From a virus, in IMG/VR virus record IMGVR_UViG_3300029243_000160, positions 32,001-96,000 of that record: a DNA stretch of 64,000 nucleotides. One strand, given 5' to 3'. Positions 54,158-63,447 of this stretch are shown piece by piece (position 1 is the first letter of the stretch; every line of letters starts with the position of its first letter). Made by a program: the position numbers and the translations under genes. A model generated the notes under the pieces. The model was given only the letters and a program-made list of their open reading frames with translations. It did not search any database and was not told where the DNA came from.

Positions 54158-56547
54158 AAGGTAAATTCTACGCTTCCGGCGATTTGAAACAGCTGGAAAG
54201 CACATTGAAAGAACACGAACCATACGCTGTCCTTGTGGTGTCTACCACAGGGATTGACAAAGAGAACGAGTTTGAAGGACACTTTCCTACTCGTGTTGTT
54301 ATGAAGCAGTTTGAGTTTGATGACGAAACCAAAAGCTATCAGAGTGGCTTCACATTTGATAAGCTGGTGCAAGCTCCGCAAGAGGCAATCCAAGAGGCGT
54401 TGAAGAATGAAAGTTCTTACGATGTTTTTGCAAACGGTGGAATCGACAAAGAGGCGTATCTCCGTGGTGAAAATGTGCTGCCTGTTGCGGAATTTCAGAA
54501 AGAGTTTCAGACCGCAATTTCTGCGGTTCAGGAATCCAATGCTACCCTTATCATCAACAATCAAACTCACGCATTTCATTTCATGGACAAAATCCAGTCG
54601 GCTGATACGCTTCGTGAAATCAGGGAACAGGGCAAGACACTTGACCAAGTGAATCTGACCAGAGCATATTTCCGAAAGCACGATGTACAGGGACAGGCAA
54701 CATTGGAAGCTTTGCGGAATTATCGCATGAGTTCTCCTAAGAGTTCATTTCTTGCAACTGCGGATAAAGCAACACTGAAAGATTTGAGTGGTATGACAAA
54801 AGATGCTTTCATGGAAGCTCACCCAGATATTTCAGAATCCTCATACGATGTGACGAAGAAAGATTTTGACAGAAAATCTGCAAAAATCATCGGTGGAGAC
54901 CAGCGGATTCAGGTAATCAGCAACTTTATTACAGAGTATGGCAGAGAAGAAAAGATTCTGGAAAACGAATACCTCACCAGTATGCGTGAAAGCGATGCTG
55001 CCAAGACACGTCAGTGGTCTGAACGTGGTAAGGAAAAGTACCGTGAAAGCAATGTTGATGAGAAGTTCCAGACACTTATTAACAAGCACGTTATCAATCC
55101 GGAAAAAATTCTTGCAGGCGACAGTCAGTTCCACAAATTGATTGATGCAATTGAACACGGCGAAAACAAGGGCATTATGATGATTCATACTGCTACTACC
55201 GGATTCGAGAGAAAGGGGAACAGAACTGACACTGGATTCCCGATTCAGTTTGCAACAGCGGTTTATAAGCGTGGCGAAGAAGGCAAAATTGATATGTCAC
55301 ATAAAGCTGCTACAACCATGCTGATTCAAGCTCCTGCAAGAAGCATGGCAAACGCCGAAGAAAATATTCGTACCGGAAAATACGATACTTTCGCAGAATC
55401 CGGTATCAATATAGACGATTACAAAGCTGGCAAAGATGTCCTCAGCCAGTCAGAAGCACAGGAACGGATTCATAAAGTGTTCCAGATGTTTCCACCAGAA
55501 GACTATACCATTGTTACGTTCAGCAAAGACTTTGCTCAGAGAAGTCTCCAGCATCTTGGCAACTTCTCTGTAATCAATGAGCCGTCCATTGATGCTACAC
55601 AAGCAATCAAAGAATATGCCTATCTTGCAAGCCACGATGAGGCATATCATGGCGATGTTGCTCTGTTTGACATGAACAAAATGCAGGCTTTTGGCTTGAA
55701 TGATGTGGCTGAGAGCCGTGGTGCTGATGCTCCGAAATCTGCTATTTCAAAATGCTTACTGATGGGACAGCTCCTTGATGAAGCTGAACAACAGCAAATT
55801 GAACTCTTCCACCCACAGGATAAAGAGCAGACCTCGAAAGAATCCGATATTCCTCAGCAGAAAGAACCTGCTACGGAAAATGTGAAAGAATCTCCGGCAC
55901 AGGAATCTTCTCCTGTTCAGAAAGCACCAAAGGAACAGCCTGCTTCCGTTACTCCGCAAGAGGTTGCCGATGCAGAAGCAGCAATTCGGAAAGAATTTGA
56001 AAATGCTGCCAGTGAAAAAGCACAGCAGGAAACTGGAAAGGTTCGCAGATACCGCCGTGGGGAACAGCAAGAAGGAAATCGCAGAACAATTACTCGTGAG
56101 CCGTCAGAAAGTCGCCAGAAGCCTTCTCCTGCTCCACAGCAAACTATGCAAGCAGAAAACCTCGCCAAGACAAACGAAGCCTTAAACGGCGTTGTAGCGT
56201 CTCTGTCTGAGGCGTTGAGCAAGCAGACACAAAGCATGATTCAGATGCAATCAGAACTGATGCGGACAAATCAGCAGTTAATGGAAACCAATCAGCGTTT
56301 GGTATCGGCATTGGAGAAACAAAATGAAATCCTGCAATCTCTCACCGGAGAGCGTTCCGTTTCCAGAAAGCAGAATCCTGTGGAGAAAATTGAAAGCTTG
56401 AAGGAAGAGATTTCGGAAATGTCTGAAAATTTTCCTCGTTCGGCAGCAGCTTACATGACTTCTGCGAACAAAGCTCTGACAACAGCACAGCATGAATACG
56501 AGAAAAACGAACGAAATCTTGAAGTCGCTGACCGTTCGGCAAGCTAA
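54154..56547 (+). CDS. 797-aa protein with two DnaQ/DEDD-exonuclease-like segments lacking catalytic acids, plus a coiled-coil tail
   Basis: VLVVSTTGID...LIINNQTHAFHFMD and MMIHTATTGFE...IVTFSKDFAQRSL mimic the ExoI (DxETTG) and ExoII (hNa.FD..FL) layout, but the Asp/Glu positions are substituted. The C-terminus is Gln/Glu-rich coiled coil. Confidence 0.3.
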   Translation: MKGKFYASGDLKQLESTLKEHEPYAVLVVSTTGIDKENEFEGHFPTRVVMKQFEFDDETKSYQSGFTFDKLVQAPQEAIQEALKNESSYDVFANGGIDKEAYLRGENVLPVAEFQKEFQTAISAVQESNATLIINNQTHAFHFMDKIQSADTLREIREQGKTLDQVNLTRAYFRKHDVQGQATLEALRNYRMSSPKSSFLATADKATLKDLSGMTKDAFMEAHPDISESSYDVTKKDFDRKSAKIIGGDQRIQVISNFITEYGREEKILENEYLTSMRESDAAKTRQWSERGKEKYRESNVDEKFQTLINKHVINPEKILAGDSQFHKLIDAIEHGENKGIMMIHTATTGFERKGNRTDTGFPIQFATAVYKRGEEGKIDMSHKAATTMLIQAPARSMANAEENIRTGKYDTFAESGINIDDYKAGKDVLSQSEAQERIHKVFQMFPPEDYTIVTFSKDFAQRSLQHLGNFSVINEPSIDATQAIKEYAYLASHDEAYHGDVALFDMNKMQAFGLNDVAESRGADAPKSAISKCLLMGQLLDEAEQQQIELFHPQDKEQTSKESDIPQQKEPATENVKESPAQESSPVQKAPKEQPASVTPQEVADAEAAIRKEFENAASEKAQQETGKVRRYRRGEQQEGNRRTITREPSESRQKPSPAPQQTMQAENLAKTNEALNGVVASLSEALSKQTQSMIQMQSELMRTNQQLMETNQRLVSALEKQNEILQSLTGERSVSRKQNPVEKIESLKEEISEMSENFPRSAAAYMTSANKALTTAQHEYEKNERNLEVADRSAS

Positions 56548-56552
56548 GGAGT

Positions 56553-57671
56553 GTGCAACATATGGCAAAGAACAATTGGAACAACAGCCCAAAGAAGAAT
56601 CTCCCCAGTGATATGCCGTCCTTGAAGTACAATTCGAGAGAGATAAACAAGGATATTCCTATCGAAGAAGTTATGTCTCGCTATGCTGGCAGTACAATGC
56701 AACGCAACAAAAAATTCCATTGCCCGAATCCTCAGCACCCTGACAAGAACCCTTCTGCCACTGTAAACCATGACAGAAACACTTGCAGATGCTGGTCGTG
56801 TGCTACCACTTTCACGCCTATCACAGTTGTAATGCAAAACTGCGATTTGCCATTTCCGCAGGCGTGTGAACGATTGGTTGAGGATTTTGGATTGGACAAG
56901 TACCGTTATTCCAATCTTGCAGAAGTTGAAGAGTACTGGAAGCCTGCCAGCGAACGGAAGTTTATTGATTCGTGGTATTTAGAAAATAGTGAGATTGAAA
57001 ACATCGGATTGATTCCAAACGCACAGTTCAAAGTTACGCTTGATGCAGATGAATACTTCAAAGTGGTTTGCGGTGATGTTCCGATGGAAGGCAAAGACGG
57101 CGGTACAATCTCAGTGTCGTTTGAGGAAGCAGCAAAATACGATTTTCTTCCGCAATCTTTTGCTAATGAGGAAAATCAGAAAGGTTTCTCATTACGGCAG
57201 ATGTGGCTGGACGGAAACTGGGAAGACAAAATCAGCATTGAAGATATGATTATCGGAAAATGCGATGAAACATTCCTGAACAACAAAAAGAATAAAGAGT
57301 TTATGGAACAAAAAGTTGCTTCTTATGATGCTTCTTACTCTCCTGATTTACAGAATCGTCTGAAAGAACTTTGCATGGAATATATCGAACGAGGACTGGA
57401 GCGTGTGGAAAATGGCTCAGACATTTCTTTGCCTGCTGTAAAAAGTCCAAAGGTAGAACGTGCTATGGCTGAAACTATGCAGGTTTACAACTATCGTGAA
57501 ATCCTGCGTTCCGGTTATTTTGAAGCAAGAAATGAAAAGGCTGAGGCAACTTATAAAAAAGTCATGGGAAGACGTGCAGAGCGAGAAAAAGATATGAAAA
57601 AGCACCCACAGAACTATCGCTCTACTGTGGAAGAACCCACCAAAAACACAGATGACAGAGATGATATATGA
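56553..57671 (+). CDS. CHC2 zinc-finger (primase-type) protein without recognisable Toprim domain
   Basis: KFHCPNPQHPDKNPSATVNHDRNTCRCWSCATTF matches the DnaG/TraC-type CHC2 finger. Confidence 0.55.
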   Translation: MQHMAKNNWNNSPKKNLPSDMPSLKYNSREINKDIPIEEVMSRYAGSTMQRNKKFHCPNPQHPDKNPSATVNHDRNTCRCWSCATTFTPITVVMQNCDLPFPQACERLVEDFGLDKYRYSNLAEVEEYWKPASERKFIDSWYLENSEIENIGLIPNAQFKVTLDADEYFKVVCGDVPMEGKDGGTISVSFEEAAKYDFLPQSFANEENQKGFSLRQMWLDGNWEDKISIEDMIIGKCDETFLNNKKNKEFMEQKVASYDASYSPDLQNRLKELCMEYIERGLERVENGSDISLPAVKSPKVERAMAETMQVYNYREILRSGYFEARNEKAEATYKKVMGRRAEREKDMKKHPQNYRSTVEEPTKNTDDRDDI

Positions 57672-58777
57672 GATACGCAATTGACAGCAAAGGAACAGTG
57701 CTTCCTCTCCCACCAAACCAAAATATGATACGTTTCATTCCGATTGAAGTTCGTGCAAAGGAACTTGTGAGATTCACTTCTGAATTTGCAGAACTCTTGA
57801 ACGGTGCAGGTATCAACACGCAAAATGCTAAGTATTGCTACATGATACAACCTCTCTACGCTTCGGAACGACTGGTTTATTTCACAAGAACAGAATTGTC
57901 TTCCAGTTCACAGGCAGTCCGCATGGCAAATGAGCTGGATAAGCACCCAGAATTGCTGAATCAGCCGGATATGCTCGAACTGCTCCAGAGCATCTTTCAG
58001 GACACTCGTGGCACTCCACGCTGGTATTTGATTTCTGTGGGATATGTTGAACTGGAACGCAATCTGTATGACTGCAAACGTATCAATTTGACATACCACC
58101 AACCAGTTTTCTTTCACAGATTTCAAAAAGTGATACAGAAAGAACAAATCACAAAGGAAGAACTGGAACTTGCTGTTCCGTGCGAGAAATATCGCTTTTT
58201 TTCAAATGATATAAACTTTTCCGACCGAGAAATGCTGATAGATATTGCTCTTGAAAGAGATATAGTTGGCGGTAAAGAATCTGTTTTTGATATGAAAGTA
58301 TATCAAGCCGTGAAGCAGTATCGGCAGATGAAGTTCTCTCAAAAGGACGTTTTCAGCAACACTGCCGCAAAATGCTTAAAGGACTTGAACACACACACCT
58401 CATGGAAAAAGAAAGATGTCTATATCGCTTATGACACAGCCAAAAAGCTGATAAAGAGCGTTTATAAAAATGCTTATGGCATCTGCTATAAAGATACCAG
58501 AATCACTGCTTACCTTACACCGGAGCGTTTTCTGACAATGTATGTTGGTGGTACACGAGACAGACCGTTGTACATCATTGACGGAAATTTTTTAACAATA
58601 GAACAGTTAAAAGATTATCTAATGAGCTTACAAGAGCTGCCTGTTGTTCCGTGGTTTGCGGATAAGGTGCAACCTTATATCGAAGTGAGGAAGCCTCAGA
58701 AGGCTTCCAAAGCCCAGAGAAACGTACTTCAATGGAACAAAAAGCGAAAAAAGAAGAAACCCAGAAAGGAAAAATAA
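57668..58777 (+). CDS. Hypothetical protein with basic tail (369 aa)
   Basis: ATGA overlap with the upstream gene. C-terminal KKRKKKKPRKEK. Confidence 0.55.
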   Translation: MRYAIDSKGTVLPLPPNQNMIRFIPIEVRAKELVRFTSEFAELLNGAGINTQNAKYCYMIQPLYASERLVYFTRTELSSSSQAVRMANELDKHPELLNQPDMLELLQSIFQDTRGTPRWYLISVGYVELERNLYDCKRINLTYHQPVFFHRFQKVIQKEQITKEELELAVPCEKYRFFSNDINFSDREMLIDIALERDIVGGKESVFDMKVYQAVKQYRQMKFSQKDVFSNTAAKCLKDLNTHTSWKKKDVYIAYDTAKKLIKSVYKNAYGICYKDTRITAYLTPERFLTMYVGGTRDRPLYIIDGNFLTIEQLKDYLMSLQELPVVPWFADKVQPYIEVRKPQKASKAQRNVLQWNKKRKKKKPRKEK

Positions 58778-58779
58778 CT

Positions 58780-61620
58780 ATGGCGAATCAAGTGAGACCT
58801 GCTTCCGAAGAGGACAAGAACAAACTGAAAGAAGCGTTCACAAAGCTATGGAACGCACTTCGCTCTATCTTCAATAAGAGAAGTGTTGTGGAGCGAATGG
58901 AAAAAATGCAACAGGAAATGGACTATATGCTGGCTCAGAACGGCATGACCGAAGATGCAGTGAAGGAACTGACAGAAACATTCAATACAATGTCTGGTCG
59001 CCTGCATACGCTTACTCCGGAAAATGTCGATGCGTTTGTAGACGAGTTGCAGCAGTCTATCAGAATTGTTGCTGAAAGGAATGAAGAATCTTATACTTCT
59101 CCGGAATTTTCAGATGATTTTATCAAAAAAATCGCATATTATGTCAAGGCTGACCCCAGCGAAGCTTTTGCTGAGGACTTGATGAAGAACGCACAGGTTG
59201 TCAAGATTGATGGCGACAACGAAAATGCCATCTTATCATACAAAGGACACTGCATGATGGCGAGACTTGATGAAAGACAAAAGCAAATCGTTCTGATAAT
59301 GAGTGCTATCCCACCGGAACAATCTGTTTTCACTGAAAACGGAGAACTTGCACAAGGATATTCTTTTGCGGAAATTCCAGAAGATATGCAGGGAAATGCA
59401 AAGCTTGTTTTGCTAAATGCACTTTGCGAACAAAGCGATAAAACTTTTGTGTACGACAAAGAAAAGGAACAACGCCGGATTCTTGAAGAAGCAAAGAAAA
59501 AAGTTTCTCCGCAGGCAAGATTCCTTGGTGAACGGTACGAAACTGCTGTACAGGAATCAGACAATCTGGAGAGTATTTATAAGCGTGATGATGCAACTTT
59601 CCGGATTCGTGACAAAGCAACTGGCGAAATGCTCCGTATCAAGTCTGACAAAGACAAAATGCAGGTATTCCTTTCTCAGGACACCCAGAGTTTCGATGTG
59701 CCAAAAGGCAGTAAAGAAATTCTGCTTGGACAGTGGGAACAGAAAGAAAAAGGAATCCTTGCAGGCAAATTCCGTCTTTCTCTTGGCAGTGACAACGTAA
59801 CATCTATGCTCCGAAGTGACGCTGTTCAGAAATGGTTTGAAATGAACGGTATCTCTCTGGAAGCACAAAACCAGTCCTTCCACCACAGAACAGACAGCAA
59901 GGCAACATGGAGCAAAGTAGACGAAGCGAAAATGTCCAACGTAATTGCTCTTCAAGAATCGTGTGCAAGGTCGATTGCTAAAAATCACCCTGATGAAAAG
60001 ATTATCGCTTCGGTTTACGAAACAACTCCGAAGAAGAAAAACCACAACAAAACATACACATTCCTGAATGTCGTGAAAGATGAAGGGAAAGGTGAAGAAA
60101 ACCCGAAGCTTTCTATCTCCTTCAATTCAGACGGCACACCGCTGACAATCAATTACAACAATCAGTTCGCATACAATATCGCAGCTCGTACTACTTCTGA
60201 GAACTATCATACGATTCTGTGGAACGACCCTGCATTCCGTGAATTGTACAATATTGCTGTTGACGCTTTACAGGAACAGGGCTTGGACAGAGGCATCTTG
60301 AAGTTCGGCGATGTTCCTTACGAGAAACAGGAAACTGCAAAGCCAGAATCTTCTTACACAGCAATCTACACTGCTGTTCCGCTTGAAGAACGTGGCTTGA
60401 CCAAACAGGATATGGATTCTTGGATTCCATTACATGAAAAAAATGATGCAAAAATCATCAACCAGCTTGCTCTGAGTGCAATTCGGAACGGAAGCATTTC
60501 CATGAAGGAAATCAAGCAAGAAACCAAAGGACACACTATCAAGACAAAGCAGGCATTGGACACTTTAGTGAAATTGGGAGTGGTTTCTGAAAGTTTGAAA
60601 CATGAAAGTCTGATGTCCGAAGAAGACTATGCAAAGGCAATCAGTGACCTTGCCAGAAATCCGCAGGCAAGAGCAGAATTTGCATCGCTTTCCAATTCTG
60701 ATGCTGAACAGAACAATTTCACAACCTATCTGACTGATTCCTATGAAGATGCTTGTCAGTATGACTGGAATCCGTATCTTGTTCTGAATAAAACAGAATA
60801 CGGTCTGGCTGATGTTGTCATGTCTGCCATCGAAACCAGACTGAACAACGGACACGACAGCATCGACTTGGCAAAGCTCCAGAGATTGACCGGAAAATCA
60901 TCACAAGAGGCAAGCAATATTATGGTTGAGCTGGAACGCATGGGTATTGTGGAAGGCGAAAACGATAAAAAGATTCTCGTTTCCAGTGATGATATTGCTC
61001 ATCTGAAAGAAGTTGCTCTCCAGCATGAAATGTCTCACGATATGGGTACACTGGAGTATGCAGAAGCAATCACTGAACTGGTTATGGAAACTATTGAAAA
61101 AGGCAGCATTTCCGTTGATGACATAATCATAAATCCTTCGATGGCTGAAAAGAATGTTAATGCAAGCAGTGCAATTCACACGCTGGAAGAACTCGGCGTA
61201 ATTTCCGGCGATGATGCTCATACCTGCCTTGTTACACAGGAAGAATACGCTCAGAAGTTCAAGGAAGGCAATTCTGATGCCTTCACAAATCTGCTTGCTA
61301 TCAGCTACGCAGAGTACACACGAGAAGAAAAGGCAGACCGTGACGAATCTATCCCTGAAAAAACAGACAGCAAGGAAGAAATTTCTTCTCCGACTGAGCC
61401 TGAACATGATGAAATTCCGGAAATGCCACCGTTCGATGAACACGACCCCTATGAAGATTATCCGGAGCAGGAAGATGCTGCGTTCGACCCGAACTATCCG
61501 TCAGATGAACTGCCAGAAGACCCTTATAGTGACGTAGAGGACAACTTCCAATTTGAAAATATGCCTGAACCGCCGGAAGAACCAGATATGAATAACGACC
61601 TTGACATGAGCTTAGACTGA
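58780..61620 (+). CDS. Large protein with three tandem FtsK-gamma-like winged-helix modules and an acidic tail
   Basis: Start at the ATG after AAAGGAAAA. Three similar segments: ...ISMKEIKQETKGHTIKTKQALDTLVKLGVVSE; ...IDLAKLQRLTGKSSQEASNIMVELERMGIVEGE; ...ISVDDIIINPSMAEKNVNASSAIHTLEELGVISGD. Confidence 0.5.
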   Translation: MANQVRPASEEDKNKLKEAFTKLWNALRSIFNKRSVVERMEKMQQEMDYMLAQNGMTEDAVKELTETFNTMSGRLHTLTPENVDAFVDELQQSIRIVAERNEESYTSPEFSDDFIKKIAYYVKADPSEAFAEDLMKNAQVVKIDGDNENAILSYKGHCMMARLDERQKQIVLIMSAIPPEQSVFTENGELAQGYSFAEIPEDMQGNAKLVLLNALCEQSDKTFVYDKEKEQRRILEEAKKKVSPQARFLGERYETAVQESDNLESIYKRDDATFRIRDKATGEMLRIKSDKDKMQVFLSQDTQSFDVPKGSKEILLGQWEQKEKGILAGKFRLSLGSDNVTSMLRSDAVQKWFEMNGISLEAQNQSFHHRTDSKATWSKVDEAKMSNVIALQESCARSIAKNHPDEKIIASVYETTPKKKNHNKTYTFLNVVKDEGKGEENPKLSISFNSDGTPLTINYNNQFAYNIAARTTSENYHTILWNDPAFRELYNIAVDALQEQGLDRGILKFGDVPYEKQETAKPESSYTAIYTAVPLEERGLTKQDMDSWIPLHEKNDAKIINQLALSAIRNGSISMKEIKQETKGHTIKTKQALDTLVKLGVVSESLKHESLMSEEDYAKAISDLARNPQARAEFASLSNSDAEQNNFTTYLTDSYEDACQYDWNPYLVLNKTEYGLADVVMSAIETRLNNGHDSIDLAKLQRLTGKSSQEASNIMVELERMGIVEGENDKKILVSSDDIAHLKEVALQHEMSHDMGTLEYAEAITELVMETIEKGSISVDDIIINPSMAEKNVNASSAIHTLEELGVISGDDAHTCLVTQEEYAQKFKEGNSDAFTNLLAISYAEYTREEKADRDESIPEKTDSKEEISSPTEPEHDEIPEMPPFDEHDPYEDYPEQEDAAFDPNYPSDELPEDPYSDVEDNFQFENMPEPPEEPDMNNDLDMSLD

Positions 61621-61634
61621 GAAAGGAGCATTGC

Positions 61635-63437
61635 ATGGCAAAACTTACACTCGATGAAATGCTTGACGATGTGAAAGCGAGAGAAGCTATCACAGAAGAA
61701 GCACAAGAAACCACAGAAATGATTCACAATGCTACAGAAAAACTGATTGATGCAGCTGTGTCTGGAAAAGTGACGATTCTCTCTGACTACGATGCAGACG
61801 GTATTTGCTCTGCATACATTCTGGAACACACCGTCAAGGCGATTGCTCCGGACTGCGATGTAGATGTGCAGCTGAATGACAGGCGTGGTTCTTACGGCTT
61901 GTCTCCAGATTTACAGGGTGAAGATGACCGTCATTATATCATCTCTGATATGGGAAGCAATCAGCTTCCCTTTGCCAGAGAACAGCTCGGTGATGATGTT
62001 ATTATCATCGACCATCATCTAATTGAAGACGATGCAATCCGCAATGCTTTTGTGGACAACACTGACAATAACAAAGGACTTCTGAATCCCCATGCCCTGC
62101 ATGAAAACGATGAAATGAATGCACAATATTGTGCAACCGGACTTGCGTATCGTGTTTTTCAAGAAATGCCTGCTCTGGCACAGAACAAATCCATTCAACC
62201 GCAAATTACAGAAAAGCTGGAAAACACGATGGCTGTCATGGCTGCTATCGGTACAGCCACGGATATGGTTGATGTGTTGGACACACACAGCAACAATCGT
62301 GAAATCCTCAAAGACGGACTACGCAGAATCGACAACGCAGATGAAAAGAATCTGGATTTTGTAATCGGCAATATGCTTGCACGAAACAATATTCCGGACG
62401 GTGTGACTGCACACCAGTTGGCATTCAATGTTGGTGCGTTCTTAAATTCCGCATCACGCATGAGTGAAATTGCTGGCGAGAATGGTGCAGCAAGAATGTA
62501 CAAAGCTATCACTGGCGATGAATCGTCAGCAAAAACCTATCGGGAGCTTGATTTCTTGCAGGAACAAAACACACAGCGTAAAGCTCTGATTGGAGAACTG
62601 ACGACCTCGGACGAATACAAGGCGTTTGTGCAGGAACAACGCTACGGCAATGACAAGGACAACAACATTGCTGTCTATCAGCTTCCGGATAACGTGCCTC
62701 ACGCATTTGCCGGACTGGTTGCAGGAAAACTTGCCGAAGCAACGGACAAAGCAATTCTGTGCGTGACCTACGAAGATAAAACGCAGTCTTACTCCGGCAG
62801 TGGCAGAAATACTGCAAACAACGAAACCAGTCTGAAAGCGTTTGTGGATTCCATTGTTGCCAGAGAAGCAGAAGCGTTCGGAGACCAGCAGCTTCAAATG
62901 ACCTATGGTGGACACAGCGATGCAATCGGCATTTCTGCTCTGAATGACATCACACGTCTGGAGCAGTTGGTTGATAAGTTTCAGGACGATATGAAACAAA
63001 AGCCACTGGAAGACCGGACATATCTTGACATGAAGCTCAGTGATATTTCCTCGCAGGAAACACTTGCAAAAGTAATGGCTCTTGAACCGACTGGTACTGG
63101 ACTGCAACTGCCGTCTGTTGTTGTGGAAGGCAAGGAAAATAATCGTAACCAGCTCTATAAAAGACAACGACCGGATTGGAAATCTGTTCGTATTGTCGAT
63201 GATGAAACCAAAGAAAAATTCGATATTGCAGACTGGGCATATAACGAAAAATCTTATCCGCAGTTTGAGGGCAACAGAATCGCTCTGGTAGCAGAACTTG
63301 GTATCAGCGATTACAAGGGAATCCATGTAGAGCTGACAGCAAAAACTGACCGTGCTTTTTCTGCGGAACTTGAAAAAACACATTTTCAGGAAAAGAATCA
63401 TTCGACACCTGAAAAAGATACATCAAGCGAACGGTGA
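61635..63437 (+). CDS. RecJ-like DHH/DHHA1 single-strand DNA exonuclease
   Basis: ILSDYDADGICSA (motif I/II), IIIDHH (DHH) and YGGHSDAIG (DHHA1 GGH..A.G). Confidence 0.8.
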   Translation: MAKLTLDEMLDDVKAREAITEEAQETTEMIHNATEKLIDAAVSGKVTILSDYDADGICSAYILEHTVKAIAPDCDVDVQLNDRRGSYGLSPDLQGEDDRHYIISDMGSNQLPFAREQLGDDVIIIDHHLIEDDAIRNAFVDNTDNNKGLLNPHALHENDEMNAQYCATGLAYRVFQEMPALAQNKSIQPQITEKLENTMAVMAAIGTATDMVDVLDTHSNNREILKDGLRRIDNADEKNLDFVIGNMLARNNIPDGVTAHQLAFNVGAFLNSASRMSEIAGENGAARMYKAITGDESSAKTYRELDFLQEQNTQRKALIGELTTSDEYKAFVQEQRYGNDKDNNIAVYQLPDNVPHAFAGLVAGKLAEATDKAILCVTYEDKTQSYSGSGRNTANNETSLKAFVDSIVAREAEAFGDQQLQMTYGGHSDAIGISALNDITRLEQLVDKFQDDMKQKPLEDRTYLDMKLSDISSQETLAKVMALEPTGTGLQLPSVVVEGKENNRNQLYKRQRPDWKSVRIVDDETKEKFDIADWAYNEKSYPQFEGNRIALVAELGISDYKGIHVELTAKTDRAFSAELEKTHFQEKNHSTPEKDTSSER

Positions 63438-63447
63438 GTGACAAAAG

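Noticed and set aside
62526-63401. 291-aa minus-strand ORF.
   Set aside because: It is antisense to the RecJ-like gene (DHH/DHHA1 motifs on the plus strand).
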